This document shows, piece after piece, positions 37,191 to 52,373 of a stretch of 64,000 nt of DNA. A program made the translations under genes and the position numbers. This DNA is from Octopus vulgaris (lineage: Eukaryota). The notes under the pieces are model-generated. The model was not told the DNA's origin. It searched no databases and was given only the letters and a program-made list of their open reading frames with translations. The stretch lies in assembly GCA_951406725.2 (NCBI GenBank), contig OX597838.1, positions 25,854,001-25,918,000 on the forward strand. The letters run 5' to 3'. Each line of letters opens with the position of its first letter. Position 1 is the stretch's first letter.

Positions 37191-37413
37191 CCCTTTTACA
37201 GTGAAATTAAATTTCATGGTTATTTCCAGTCCTGATATTAAACATCTACCAGCAAAATAGAATTGATATTTTGGCAAGTTGTGGTGCCTGAAACTTGGCA
37301 AATCTAAACAAGAAACATGGCATTTCTCAACAAAAGGTTTATATAGAACTGCTTTCCTCAGTTTGAGGGAATGAAATTTTGAATGGACATGCAGGATTTC
37401 AGCAGTAAAGGGG
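37191..37413. mobile_element. piggyBac-like MITE
   Basis: TTAA on both sides, CCC...GGG termini, imperfect 17-bp TIRs. Confidence 0.7.
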
Positions 37414-38702
37414 TTAAGGTAGGGATGTAGCTGCATCTTGGCACACATTGTGTTGTGCCAATTCTGCCTGAGAATTACATTAAGGATCCACATGCCTGTG
37501 GAGTACTCAACCACATGAATGTTAATTACGAAGCAGGTAATTTGGTTGAGCGCACAATTGAATCCTTATAGTCAAACAGAGGGAGTACTGTCCATAGCTG
37601 CAATTATAGTGACTGTAACATGGTATGGTACTCACATCAGTGGCAGGCTTAGAAGGGGGGAGTAAGTTGCCCCTTCCGCCTATAGACTGGGGTGGTACCT
37701 TAAGCAAATTCTAGCAGCCCCTAAACCTCATGAGCCAGGGATACAGTGAAAATGTTGGATAATCAAGTTGGAGGAGTCCCACACCATTGGCTGAAAGGTA
37801 CCATCAGCCGACTGTTGGGTGCTGACCAAAGTGAGCTGCTATTGCACAGCAACCTTGTCTTTAACTATGTTTGGTACATTCTTGTACACCTCTTGGTATT
37901 TGGCATAAGTTCTGAGAGAGAGGCAGTCTGGTGGTGGGGATGGCACCAATTGCCTTACTCACCAACCAAAGGCATTTTGTTCAGAGAACTGAGCATTCAG
38001 TGTTAACTATGACAGACAGCTGCCACTGCCGACTACGACGGACAAGACAGTTTCATTTTATTGATAAAGGGCATGATATTGATGAGATGTAACTACAGAA
38101 CATAAGGGGACATGGACCTAACTAGAACATTGCAAGGAAACCTGTTTTCTGCTAACTCTACAACAAAAATAATCATTTCTAATATAAGATACAAGGTCAC
38201 ATGTTCCAGGAGGTGATGCGGTAGAGAGTTAAGTCAACCCCCCACTTCATCATCACCTAGCACTTTACTTTTCATCCTCTTTGCATTTTTGTTGTTGATA
38301 ATATAAAGTCGATCCTATAAGAATTTCACTGACCCCGCCTCCCAGCCCCACCCCCAAGGATATAAACTACTGTTTTAGATAACCCCGTTCAACAAAAACG
38401 GCTTCATTGTCCCACTGCATCTATTTATTAACGCTGAGAGGAGGGAAAATTTTGAAACGCATTTGTTCAATAAAAATATGGTGTGTGTGCATGCATGGAG
38501 GTTTGCACCACACGTGCTGAAAATTAGAACAAAAACCCAGTAACATTAATGCAATATAAGGGCCACTACATGAAGGGCCTGTAAAGATTGTGTGACAAAA
38601 TCGTTTTCACTGTACATAGTAAATATAGATTGGTTGCTGACAGGATTTGTCTTTTTTTTCTCAAACTGAAGATTAATTCTAAATAACAGTGGTGGTGGTG
38701 GT

Positions 38703-38746
38703 TTAGTGGCTTCTGTAATAGTCTGTATAATAGTCTTCTGGTGAAG
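38703..38746 (-). other. candidate terminal coding exon (xSPEDYYTDYYRSH*)
   Basis: strong acceptor ccttttatttcag followed by a non-repetitive Tyr-rich reading to TAA in phase 1. Confidence 0.3.
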
Positions 38747-41700
38747 CTGAAATAAAAGGATAAACAGGGGGAAAATATATATATATATATAAAAATATAT
38801 ACGTGTGTGTGTGTGTGTACATATATATATGTATATATAATATATAATATATAATATATATATATATATATATGTGGGAATGGAGAGTGATGACAGAGCT
38901 TAAAGAGAGAAGAGGAAAGAGAGATTCTCTTCTATTTTGAGAAGTCAGTCTGAAGAGGAAGACAGCAGAGAGAAAGAAAAGGGGGGGGGGAATGTGACCA
39001 AGAAACGGCGAGAGTGACATGTAGACATTGGAGAGTGTCCACACAAGGGGAGACAATGGAAAAATAAACAAACAAACAAAAAAAAACCTAAAATCAAATT
39101 TACAAATATTTTAAAAATCAAAAACAATTGTAAATTACTTAAAACTAAAAAACAACTGTAAAATACTTCTCCCACTAAAAACGAAAACAAATGAAATGAA
39201 ATCAACATAAATTTTTTTTTTTTTTAAATAAATAAATAAAAGATGTTTTGGTGTTAAGAATTTTTGTATTTTATTAAAATTTTTAATTTTTTTCTTAGTT
39301 TTTTTTTCTTCCCTGAAACAAAAAAAAACTTTGTTTTGTTTTATATTATTATTATTATTTTATAAAACTCTTCCCAGTTAGCCTTTTGTTGTTTCTTTTT
39401 GTAATTTGATTTACATTTTAAATTATGGTTGGTGTTTTTTCTTCTTTTTGCTTTATATTTTATTTTATTTTCGTAATTTTATAGGTGCAGTAGCCATCTT
39501 GGAGGCATCACAACCCTGGCCTCTTCCTACCTCCAACATGGAGGAAAGGAAGGAGGACAAGGAAGAGAAAAGCTGTTGCAGTGAGAGGAGCAGGTTGTAG
39601 TTCTCTCTCCATATAAACCTTGCACACCAAGAACGTGCCCCACCCATCTGAGACGAGAAGGGGAAGCTGAACTGGATTTGGGTTAGATTTTTCTTTGTTG
39701 ATGTTTTTGTTGTTATTGTCTATGTTAGTTTGCTGTTTTAAACTTGGATAAACCCCTCACCCAGCACTCCCTACACAATGCAATAACTGCTACATTAATT
39801 TTTAAATAATAATAATAATAATCGTTTCTAATTTAGACACAAAGGCCAGCAATTCGAGGGGAAGGGGTCCGTTGATATCAAACCCCCACCACCACCTTTT
39901 CCTCTCAAGTACTTGATGGGACTTAATTTTATTAGCCCCAGAAGGAATGAAAGGTAAAGTTTGACTCCAGCAGGATTTGCACTCAGAATGTAAAGAACTA
40001 GAAATAACGTTATCCTTTTTCATATTGGCCACCAACATGAGGCCAGAAAAATATTTCTGGTGGATAGGTGAGAAGAAATACTCAAATTAAACAAGACCTC
40101 TAAAACCCCTAATCCCTACTGTCACCACACCTTGTCAAGCAGTGATGCGTGACAAGCAGGGAGGGTATTGAGGATCCAGCTAAATTTCACTGATTCCTCT
40201 CATGCCATCCACTACAAAACTGTGACCCTGTGCTGATACAAGAAATCACACCATTATTATTATTATTGCTATTAATTACTATTATTATTAATACTATTTT
40301 CATTAATATTATTATTATTTAGATTTTTGACCCTTCTCTCTCAGATGGAATTCTTCTCCTCTATACCTGTTCACCTTTCCCCATTTCTCGTTACATTTTC
40401 ATTTAAATTTTCCCCAATTTCTCGTTAATTTCTTAAGTTTACATTTCCTTTGTTTTTTTTAGGATGTTTGTGTATGTATATGTACGCATGTTAATAATTA
40501 CAATTTTTATTATTATTTATTAAAACTCATACTAATCCAAGTCACTTTTTTTTTTTTTAAATTCTTTTAATCATCTTTTCAAAAAATTAGCAAACAGCAA
40601 AGTCTCTTTCCTCTTTTTTTTGGGTGTTTTTAATAAATTTTTTGTGGTATTTTTTATTTTTTAGTTAGAAAAGTTTTTTTAAATATTTTTCGGACACAAA
40701 AAAAAAGTTTTTTCTTTTTAAATTAAATTAAAATATATAATAATTAAAAAAAAGAAAAATCAAATGATTTAACTTTTATTTTAATTTAAATTAAAATAAA
40801 TAAAATTAAATAAATAAAAAAATAAAAACTTGGTCTACATTAAAATTAAGTAGGGCAAGGGGCTGGGTAGGGCTTTAATTTACAGCTAATTAATTAAATA
40901 AATAATTGATTATAAAAGAAACACAGGGAGTGACAAGGAGTGAGAGGGAGAGTGTGGGGTTCTATAAAGTTAAGGACCTTGTGAAAAGGATTAAGATGGG
41001 ATGAGGATTTTAGGGAGCCTTAACTAATGAGATGGATAAGAAGAAAAGGGGGTTTGGAGTGAATCAGCATCACCAAGCTGCCGTATATTTCTTCATACCA
41101 GGGGGGTTGTAAATACCACCCCCTCCACATTACTCTTCAGTAATCCGACATACGCACACACGTGCGTGTGTGTATATGTGGGTGTGTGCATGTGCAAAAG
41201 GACCCTGTCTGATTGCTACCCCAAGAAGATAACGCTTATTGGGGAAGAGAGAGAGAGAGGGCCCTCGAGTTAATAATTCTTAACCGAGGAAACGAATGAA
41301 GAGAATTTTGGTCATCATCATGATGGTGGTGGTGGTGGCGGTGATGCTGCTGCTGCCGGCAATGCAGGGAGGAGTGGCAGGGAGGGGAGGGAGGGAGGAA
41401 AGATGCGTCCCTCCCCCCCCTTCACGAGTGAGCAGAGAAGGCAAAGAGATTAAGAAGAAGAAGAAGAAGAATGCCTTATCCCCCCCTCCTCCAGACTCCT
41501 CCTAGCTTCTGCTAATCCCACCCTAGCGCCCACCCCCAAAATCGCACCCACACGCCTTAGCCCCCCCATATGCTCGACTGACCTGCTCCCAATATCCCCC
41601 CTTTCCCTCCCCCCCGCACCACTACCATCACAGTCACGAAGACGACTGCCGCCACCACCATTACCACCACCATCAGCACAGCATCAAACCCTGTCCCCCA

Positions 41701-43163
41701 CCACCCCCAGCCAGCCCCTTCTGTCACCGTCCAGTAAAGTGTGTGTGGAGGGGGGGAAGGTGACGTGCATATTGCACCTATGTGCAAGTTGCATATATTC
41801 ACACACACACACACACACACACATGCACGTGTGTGCAACGAGTGTTACAGCGTAGGGACAGCAGCAGTGGGTGGAGGCGGTGGTGACGGTGGGTACTGAG
41901 TGAGGGCTTTCAAGACCAGTTGTGTGGTGATGGCGACGGCGGTGGCGACAGTAACGGCGATGCAGAGACAAACCCCCCTCCCTCGAAACCGACAAAGGGA
42001 GATAAACTCAGCAGTTACGAGAAAGAAAAAAAAAAAAAAAACATGTATTATATATAATATATATAGGAAGATGGTGGCGACGAGGACGGAGGAAGTGATG
42101 GACAGAGGTGGTGGTGGTGGTGACGGCCTACAGCAGTTGTTGAGAGAGAGAGAGAGAGAGAGACAGAAAGAGACAAGACAGAAGAGAGACTGAGAGTGAG
42201 AAGGAGAGGACAAGAGAGCCTCTACTAATTTCACCTCCCTCTCGACCAAATGTTCTTTCTGGAAAGAAAAAATATATATATATATAAGAAAAAAAAAAAA
42301 AGGTGGATGACAAGGGGCGAGGGGGATGGGAGGGGCACAGCAGATGTAAAGAATGGGGGCAGGGGGGAAGATGGGCGGCCGAGCTCTTTTTTTTTTTCTA
42401 AAATGTAAATTGGAAAAAAAAAAAAAAAAAAAAAATCGAAAAAAAAAAGAAACCCCCTACATCGAGATTTATTTCAAATAGTAGAAGTGGTGGTGGTAGT
42501 AGTAGTAATAGGAAGAAGTAGTAGTAGTAGTGGTAGTAGTAGTAGAAGAAGAGGTGCGAAGGTAGCTGATAGACAATGGGAATCCATTACACATCACTCA
42601 AAACTGGGCTTAAACTCTTGGGTGTGGTGTCTTAAGTTTGAAGTTGCTTCAGCAATCAGAAGAAACCAGGATAGTCTGTAAAGATGCAATATGAAGAGAG
42701 AGAGCGAGATATAGATAAGAGAAATATCAGAAACAAATATAGATATGTATATATATTCATACAAGAATTTTACATTAAAAATTTAAAACATTAAATAAAA
42801 TGAAGTGAAACAAAAATACAAAGCCCTAATAAAGTGAGGAATTATATAACTCTAAAGAAAGCTGATTGCAAATGAAACAAGATAATATAAAGACTATATA
42901 TATATATATAAGTGTGTATATATATTACAGAAAACTACTATGCAAAGACTGGAATAAATTGTTTGTAGAAAGCAAGAATTTCTGGAAAAGACCAGAAGGT
43001 AAAGTGGTAGAGTGAGCAGAAGGGTTAGGGATTAGTGTGGTCCTTTATTTTGGCGTCAATGAAGAGACCAGATAGACAGAGAGGTAGACTGACAACAATT
43101 ACAAAGAGACACACACACATACATTATATATATATATATATATACATATATATAAAATGTATA

Positions 43164-43382
43164 TTGGGTTGGTGAATAATTATTGTGGCTTTTTTTCAAC
43201 AAAAACATTAACAATATTTAACAAAAAAAAACATCTTTAAATGGCATTCTGACCGTCTGCCAAGCAAATGGGAAGCAGGAATTGAAGTAGATGGTGAATA
43301 TGCTCCGGAATAATCATTCAAAGATGTTTTTGTTGAATAAAATTTGTAGAAAAAAAGTTGCAATAATTATGCACCAACCCGA
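43164..43382 (+). mobile_element. internally deleted mariner element
   Basis: TIRs ttgggttggtgaataattattg / caataattatgcaccaacccga, TA flanks, transposase C-terminal remnant RLPSKWEAGIEVDGEYAPE* (43254-43313). Confidence 0.88.
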
Positions 43383-44431
43383 TATATACTCATGGTTTTT
43401 TGAAATTGGATTTTGATGTACATAGAAAGCTACTACTAATAGCTTTCTATGTACATTGAAATCCAATGTCAAAGAAGAAAAAAAAATCTTCCATGTTCTC
43501 ATGTTTATAAATTCTTATACCTATATATAATATATATAGACACACACAAGTACTTGAAAGAAAGTAAAAACCTTGGGTGAAAGAGAGAAAGAAAGGGAGA
43601 GAGAGAGTGGGGGAGAGATTTATTGAGATAGTTTAAGAGTGGGGCATCAGTGGTGACAGAGCAGAAGGAAAAACCCGTGTCCACAGACTATTTAACCTCA
43701 TCTCTGTTTCTATGGAGAAGCAGGAAGAACAATCTCTCATTGCCCCATTCAAATATTGGGGGAGAAATAGAGACCATTACAAATATTATTAATAAGAATA
43801 GAAAGATATGGCAGTGTGAGAACGAGTAGAATAGGAAATACTCCATCACTGACACTATATTGTATTATTTGATATAATTTATCTCCTGTACAGCAAGATA
43901 ACTGTTTTGCTCTGGCCCTTTTCTCTCATATTTACCCCTTTCTACTCATCTCTTAATATAAATTTGATGCCCCCTCTGCCTCAGGTCTGGCAAGCTGCAA
44001 TGGCAACCTCAGCAGTGCTGTTGGCACAATGAAAGTACACAGGACATACTGTAAAGTGACAAGCGTTAGGATGGGCACCCAGCCTTAAGAAAATGTGCCA
44101 AAGTAGAGACCAGATCATAATGCTGCCCCCTTGGACCCATCACATTGTATCAAACTCCAAGCCATGTCAGCATGGAATATTGAAATTACACATACACAAA
44201 ACTCTTCGATAATTTTGACAGAGTTTTCTTGGCTTTCTAGAATTTTGAAAATCTAAGAAATCAGCAATTATGTTGATTGAACCCAAGACTACATGACTAT
44301 TTGACATGGTGGATGAGACGTGGAACTGGAAATCAGAAGCAAACCAACCCAGTAAACACAACTGAGTTGCAAGCTTGGTGTCCAGTTAAAACTCATCCCA
44401 AACATCAAGTCTTTGGCTGTAGTCTCTCATC

Positions 44432-44761
44432 TTTACCTCCGCCTTAGTGAAAGCAGAGGTATTGTTTTCAGTTGTGTTTGTTTGTTTGTCCATGGATGGA
44501 TTTGGATGAAACTTTCAGGGATTGGCCTTGTAACTGGCACGAACTGATTAGATTTGGGGATCGATCTGGTACTGGCCAAGGATTCTGGATTACTTTACCA
44601 GTTTTTTTGAGAGCGGTCAGGTTCATTTTTAGTATTCTCATTTGTGAGAACAGTCGAGTTTATTTCAGATATTCTCATTTTAAAAATCATCTCTGGCTAA
44701 TCATTGAGAGGATGTTGCTGTTGCCTTGGCAGAGGTTTGCACTCTCTGAGTGCTCTTGTTT
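44432..44761 (+). mobile_element. Helentron-associated non-autonomous element (HINE-like)
   Basis: subterminal inverted repeats acctccgcc / ggcagaggt, (gttt)n, 3' stem-loop gcactc-tct-gagtgc, T-rich ends. Confidence 0.7.
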
Positions 44762-44932
44762 ATGTATATATATATCTCGGCTGACCAATCAATCAGAAAC
44801 AAATACCAAATCTGATAAAGCTATTACCGTCCAAGGGGAGATTACTCCATATTGAACCCTTTTGCTATCAAACCTACCTCAACTGGATACAAAATGTCCT
44901 GCTCCGTGAACACAGAGGAGAAAGTTATAGAC

Positions 44933-45030
44933 CAGTCATGGGCAACCTGTAGGACTGTCTGCATGGCACACCTGATGATGAGGCACATGTGTCATGCGGC
45001 CCACTTCTTGAAAGAGGTTGCCCATGCCTG
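44933..45030. mobile_element. short hAT MITE
   Basis: TIRs cagtcatgggcaacct / aggttgcccatgcctg; 8-bp TSD ttatagac / ttatagag. Confidence 0.85.
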
Positions 45031-45643
45031 TTATAGAGGGAGAAGACAAAGAGAGAGAAAGAGAGACAGACAGACAGACAGAAGGAAAGGGAGAGAGGGA
45101 AAGAACCAAAAATGAAAAGAATAAAAAGAGAATTGGTTGAAAAACTTAGTATTGGAAAAAAGATATTTGAAAAACCAAACAAACAGGGTGTTGAGGGAGT
45201 AGGAGGAGAATAAGTAAATAGGTAGGTAGGAGGAGTTATACTACTAGAAGTAGTAGTGGTGGTAGTAAGGGTTACTTGTGGTGGTGGTGGTGGTAGCTAG
45301 AGGTGGGGAAAATCACAACCTGAGAGGGTGGTGCCAAGTGGGAAGTGAGTCAGTAGCAAATGGGAAGAGTTAACACGTAGGAAGAGGAGTGGAGGAGAAG
45401 AGGGATTATGGATTAAAAGCCAGGGAATTAAAAAGAAAAACCACAAAAAACACATGAAAAGGACACTATATAAAAATCCACCCACCCCCACTATTTTACT
45501 ACCCTCCTCCCTTATCCTGTTGCCCTTACAACAATCCTTAGTTATGAAGGAAAAAAAAAAAAGGTTCAAATAAATTAATAACCGACTTCTGCAGTCCAAA
45601 ATGTGATTTCTCTAAGTGCGGCAGGGGAGGAAATGGTACTTAC

Positions 45644-45677
45644 CCAGGTGTTGACTTTGGATAACCACATACAATAT
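45644..45677 (-). other. candidate 34-nt exon of an unidentified minus-strand gene
   Basis: cctctctgtag|atattg...acctgg|gtaagta; no stop in any frame. Confidence 0.35.
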
Positions 45678-46829
45678 CTACAGAGAGGTTATATTATATT
45701 ATTAATATATCATAAACAATTATAAATACAGATATTTGGGCCTATGTGTATTGGTTTGTGGCTCACTCCTAAAATAATAATGGTTTCAAATTTTGGCACA
45801 GGGCCTGTAGTTTATGAAGGGAAATGGGGGTTGGTCGATTACATTGACCCCCCCAGTTCTTGACCAGTACTCATTTTATCGACCCCGCCGAAAGGATAAA
45901 AGGCAAAGTTGACCTTGGCGAAATTTGAACTCAGAACGTAAAGACGGACAAAATGCCATTAAGCATTTTTGTCTGACACGTTAACAATACCGCCAAGCCC
46001 ATGGCCTTCACTCCTAAAACAATGATAATAAATATTAGTAGCATAACAAGGAAGTCTTAACTGAAATTTCTGTATCAAAGAACATATTTCATTGACACTG
46101 CTCCGCAAAGGGAATGTTGACTGAGAAGTTTTAACTTTGTAACTCTTGATACAAATCCATCTGAGACCACCCCTTTTGATATCAACCTGTCTAAGACTGC
46201 CCCTGGTTCAAACTTGCTGCTTTTAAGTGATCTAGAACTTTCCATCAAGATTTGAAACTAATTTATGTTCTAAGTGATAGTTTAGTAACGACAAAGTTAT
46301 TTTAGTAAATTTTTTATTATTTAAAAAAAAAAAAATTAATTAAAACAAAAGTAGTGTATTAATTATTTCAATCAAAATACAGTAACAAGGGTAGTTATGG
46401 AAGAAAGAACTAAATCCTATTAATTTTGTATGCATGTGTGTGTCATTAATTCTAGTGAACAATACACACACAACTAATAGAATAAATTTCATTTTAGAGT
46501 TATCCTCATAATCATATTTACTCTAATTATATTATCCTAATTAATGAACCAAAACATTAGATTTCGTGTGTGTGTGTGTGTGTGTACGTACATGGTTACT
46601 ACATTTTTTATTCTTAAAAAGGATTTATTAATGAAGCTGATTACTTGTGACAGTGTATTGTACTATTTAAGATGGTCGTATAAACTTCAATGTCTGGAGA
46701 TTAGTTATATTTAGTTTGAGTGCACAACTGACTTAAATTTTATTTTAGTATTTAAGAAGATTTAACATTGCACCTAGTCAAAATTGATGCTAACCTATTA
46801 GACAGCTGTTACAATAATGTTTGCAATAG

Positions 46830-46865
<36 letters not shown>

Positions 46866-48923
46866 TTCATTTGTTAACAAGGCAACCAATGGTTTCATGT
46901 GAAGAGGTCTTTACAATTATTGAAGTATACCACATTGGTACTGGTTTCTTTTTGCTGATTTAATATACTACAGTTATGTTTACAATAGTGACTATTCATA
47001 TTAAATCTCAAAAAGGAATCTCCCATTTATACATATATAATAAATATTTATAAAAATATCGTAATAGTAAATAATGCCATGCCATTGCAAGCTTTCTGAA
47101 GGTAGTGACAAAAAAGCTTAAAAACAAACCAACGAAGGCAAACAAGCAAGATATTAAAGAGACAATACAATGAAAAGAAAATGTTAAAAGGGTGGTAGGA
47201 TACTTATAATTCATTGAAACTCAACTTCAGATTTTCCCTTCTTCTTTTAACCCTTTCTGTACAAAAGGGACACACATGCATTCCCTCCTGCAATACTCAA
47301 AAGAGGATTCTGGTTTGCATAATAGTATTAATGTATGTCTGTGTGGTTCAGAAGTTTGTTTCCAAATTACTTGGGCTTGGATTGAGTCCCACTATGGGTT
47401 AGTTAGTTAGTTACCTTCTTGGATCATACTGACTCACAAGGGCCGGTTTCCGTGGTTTCATATATTCCCCACCTGGACAGGACACAGGTCCGTTGCCGGA
47501 TTACTCATTTTTGCCAGCTGAGTGGATTGGAGAAACATGAAATGAAGTGTTTTGCTCAAGAACACAACACGTCGCCCAGTCCAGGAATTGAAACCACAAT
47601 CTTACAATCATGAATCCAACACCATATACACTAAGCCACATGACTCCACTGTGGGTCACCTTGGACTGACCAAAACCTTGTTAGTGGATTCATTTGACAG
47701 AAACTGAAGCCTAATGCTACTGATGAATAAACATCACCATTATACAAGCAATGTTGTTTGCCTGCAATTTTCTGTGTAAAAATATTGATGGCATTCAAAG
47801 CAATAGGAGGGAAATATCTTGGTTGGAGACTAGTGGATATTTGGCATCCAGCCTGACCCATGCCGACATGGAAAAGTAGATGTTAAAATTACCATGTATT
47901 TAGTATAAGAAAGATTAAAATATTCTCTACTGTAAGCACCACCACCAGTATTTTAGAGGCCCTGGGTGGTTGCTTTTGATGAGATTTGAAATCAGAATGT
48001 GGAGAGCGAGAGAGAGTAACTAAAATATTACACATGGCATTTGTCTGCCCCTCCTAACAATTTTACCAAACACCTGCCCCATGTTCTAACTGTTTGGCAT
48101 TCAAATTATCCTGCCAAATATAATGCTTATGTATTCATTCTTTTGAACTAATCATTCATTATCTCATAGCTTTGAGATTTTGATGTTATTGTAGGGTAAG
48201 TGTGAAAGGTTGGATCTGGCCAGTTTGAACATAAAACAAGTAAGATATTTGGTCCAAATGTAGCTGGTTCAAATGCTAATGGGTTAATTAGGCCGAGTGT
48301 TTTTTTTTTTTGTTTTTTTTTTGGATTTTTAGAATTTAGACAAAGGTACAAGTCATGCAAAGTATGATTATTTTTTAATTTTTTTTTTTACTTGTGAAGT
48401 ATTAAAAGAGCAAAAAAAAATAATCAATGAACAAAACAAGACAGAGAGAAAAAGAATGCATTCAAGGATGTATTAAGAGACAAAAATTAATAAAATTAAA
48501 AATATATTATAGAAACAAGTATTAAAAAAATTGAGAAACACCTATAAAAAAAATTAAAATTGAACAACCAGAGAGAGAAAGAGGGAAAGAAATAGAGAAA
48601 GAGAGAGTGGGGAAAAAAGAGAAAGAGAAAAAGAGAGACATTGATGCCAAAATAGCAGACACTGCTATTATCTGTTTTTTTTTTTTTTATAATGAATTTT
48701 GAGAATATTGCAAACATAGTACATCAGAAAATACAAATAAATTTTTCTGTAAATATATGCATTGTAAAGCAATTTGAGATAGAAAAAAAAAAAAAAAATA
48801 TTATATACATATATACTAAATGTATATATATATAAAAAATAACCTGAAAAGAAATATATAAAAATAACATAACAAGCAAAAAAAAAGAGAGATAAAAATA
48901 AGAAAATAGATAAAGAAACTTAC

Positions 48924-48929
48924 CAAAAT
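48924..48929 (-). other. candidate 6-nt microexon of an unidentified minus-strand gene
   Basis: minus strand gttttatcattttgttag|ATTTTG|gtaagttt. Confidence 0.35.
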
Positions 48930-51312
48930 CTAACAAAATGATAAAACTACTACTTACAATAATAAAAATAACATAGGTGCAATGCTACACATTTTGTGGT
49001 TGGTGGGGGTTTTGTTGATTAAATCGAAGTATTTCATTGATGGTTTATTTTGTAAATTCTTTACGAAAATGAAGGGTGAAGTTGACCTCAGCTTGATTTG
49101 AACTCAGAACATAAAATTACATAACTGCCACTCTACTGATCTACAAAGATTACTGTCATTGGGGAAAGGTCCAAATTTTACAAGGAATGGAAATGAAGAG
49201 CATGTGTGACCTTTTTTTACATTATGTCTGTTTTCCATGCCAGCATGGGTCAGATGCCCATTACTATGCTTTTCGATGGGTCAGAGACCATGTCTCATTC
49301 AATTTGCATTTTTTGCCAGGTGCCTGTAGCTGGTTTCCCTTCCCAACACCAACCACTTTACAAAGTGTACTGGATGCAGTTTTTCATGGCAAAAGCATTA
49401 GGGAGGTTGCCACACTCTTGACAAGATTAAAAGGAGCATTGACCCCATCACAGGCAATGCTTATAAAATACTTATAAATATATACAAAAATTAAACTGTG
49501 GCACAAAAGACCTAAAAACCATCAACTGCTTTTTTAATTTTAAATTGTTTTGGGAAAAGGTCTGAGGCCCACCAAGAACACTTAGATGGCCTACTTATGG
49601 GTTGTGGCCAACTTGTTACTGACTACTACACTAGGGCCATCAACTCAACTCTCCAAGATAATATTAGGCACTTTTATAGAGCTGTGAGTCATTAGACCAA
49701 TCAGGTGGCCTCAACTCCACCCAGGTACCCAGTATCAGCCAGGTGACAATTGAGAGTTAAGTTTTTTGACTGCAGCCCCCAACAATTAATTGGTGGCAGC
49801 CTGAAATGTAACAGCCACACTCTTAAGCTAGAGGACTTGTACCGGTCACCTGCAATGCTTTCTCTAGGTCTGGCCAGGAGAGAACCTGCAGCAGACCCAG
49901 TTCAGCAAAACCACTGAAATAGCAATTGATTCTAATTCTGGTATTAACACAAATTTGGAGTTAATACTGTTTTAAGGAACTAGAGAGAGAGAGAGAGAGA
50001 GAGAAAAAGAGAGACATACATATAGACAGACAACACATTCAAATTAAGTTTTAAGTATTACATTAATTATCAGCTGTTATTTAGAGGTAGATACGAAACT
50101 ACTTGTACAACTCATAGGTAGCACAATAATGATAATGAATGAATGATGTAATTGAACAGAATGCAATAAATTGTAAAAAAAAAAAAAATCTCATCAAAAA
50201 TGCAAAAAAAAAAACAATTTAAAAAACCAATAACAGAATAAAAAGCAATTTAAATAACATATAAACAGTTAAAATATACAGAACAAGTAAAACAAAAGAG
50301 AAAAAAAGCTTTAATAATAGAACGACATGCAGTTATGACATGCTGGGTATATATATATGGAGACAGAGAAATAATATATGTAATGAGGTAGAATGGATGT
50401 GGAGATGTCAGATATATTTATATAATACATATGTAATATAAATTATAGAATAAAGTGCATATAATATATATTTAAAGGAGATATAAATTATGCATTATAC
50501 ATTTTATATAATGCACATTTGATATATCATTTTGTATATATTATATATAAGCAGATGATAAGGAAGTTAAGAGGAAAGTGGGGAAAGAATTTTTTCCAAA
50601 ATGAAATGAAAAATGTGTATGTATGCCTGTGTGATCAGATGAGTACATGAGAAAAATTTATATATTTTATATAAAAATGGACTGAATGAAGTTTACTAAG
50701 ACGAAGCTGAGAAAAAAAAATCGAGACATCTTAGATTAGAAATGAGATCTTTGGGTGATAACTTCTGAAGCAAAGTGAAGGGCATTGAGTGATAAATGAT
50801 GAAGGGGTTGGATGGCTTGGCTCTTTTGGAGACGAAATAATTCATTGATGGCAGAGTCTGTGCTAGGTTAGATAGTCTAATCAATAGAATTTGACCACTT
50901 TTGGAACCACATTTCTGTTGAAAGCTACACTGAATCAATTGTGAAACTTGAACTGAATTCGAAAATAAGGAAGAATATAAAGAAAAAGCTTTGTGATTAT
51001 TAAAAGCTGATGTTTCAAAGTTTTATGGGGAACTTTTAACTTGGATCATTTTAAAATAGAGTTTGTACCATAGAAGCAGGGGGCAGTTTTGGGAAGGTTG
51101 GTATCAAAAGGATTAACCTTTTAGAGGAAGAATAGACAGAATTAAGGGATCAGAGTGTTGATTGCAAAAGAAACATGAAGACTATGAATAGTCACTCCAT
51201 TGACATCAATAGTGTCAATATGGTCATATAGAGGAAGAGGACGAGAGTCACAAATTTGTGGGCTTCAGAGAGATAGCAGGGGAGTTGATAAAAGAATCAT
51301 TCCAGAGAGAAT

Positions 51313-51414
51313 GAGAGCCAATGGTACAAGTGTGGTCAGGGGGAGAGAGAGAGCCAATGGTAGAAGTGTGGTCATGGAGAGAGAGAGAGAGAGAGCCAAT
51401 GGTACAAGTGTGGT
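51313..51414. repeat. 3 copies of gagagccaatggta(c/g)aagtgtggt with (GA)n spacers
   Basis: direct reading. Confidence 0.9.
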
Positions 51415-51503
51415 GAGAGAGAGAGAGATAGACTGTGTGTATGTGAATAAGCTAGAAGTGACAGGAACTCACACAGAACTAAATTCTACAGCTATATCAA
51501 CAG

Positions 51504-51562
<59 letters not shown>

Positions 51563-51921
51563 CTATTTTGTCTAGTCCAGAAGTGACCATCTTGTCTTTT
51601 CAGATGGGTTTACCTTGGACTGGCTTGTAATTCAAAGGAAGATTTTGCTGCTATTATCTAGCTCAGGTCAATCTCATTATGGATACAAATAGAAAGAAAA
51701 GCTAACTACATAAATGGCAACCGTTTTCCCCCATGGGTTAATAAATAAGAGTAAGAAGGGCTGAGTGGGGGGTAGTTTTGTGCTTGTATCTTTGGTCATG
51801 AACTTCAGATCAAGAATTTGCTATGTGATTTCAAATGCTATGTGTGAGAGAAACTAAACTGTGCGAACAAAGAGATAACTGACGAACAATAAGCACATTA
51901 TACATATATAATGTATATATG

Positions 51922-51955
<34 letters not shown>

Positions 51956-52338
51956 TAATATACAAATACAATATACATTAAATATACGTATGTATTTATG
52001 TATAATGAAGAAAGCAAAATCCAAAAATCAATTCTCGCAAAAAACATAATTGAATGAAAATGAAGAAGAAGATAAAATAAGCGATGTTAAAATACATGAA
52101 AGAATGAGTGAGAGGAATAATAAAAAATTGTGAGTATGAAGAAATGGACACTGAATAAATAATCAAAGAAATGAAAATGCAATAAATATAATAATAACGA
52201 TAATAATGATAACCAAGATACTTGAAATAAAATTGAAGTAACGTGCTAAAATAGATGAAGATAAGATAAAGAAATAAAAAAAAAAAAAGATTTAAATAAA
52301 TAAAAGTGTTGAAATGCAATGCATATATATATATATAC

Positions 52339-52373
<35 letters not shown>

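Noticed and set aside
41296-42313. GC-richer ORFs with poly-Pro/Val/Thr runs
   Set aside because: Derived from (GGT)n/(CAC)n and purine tracts with no recognisable domain; retained only as part of the tentative minus-strand gene hypothesis.
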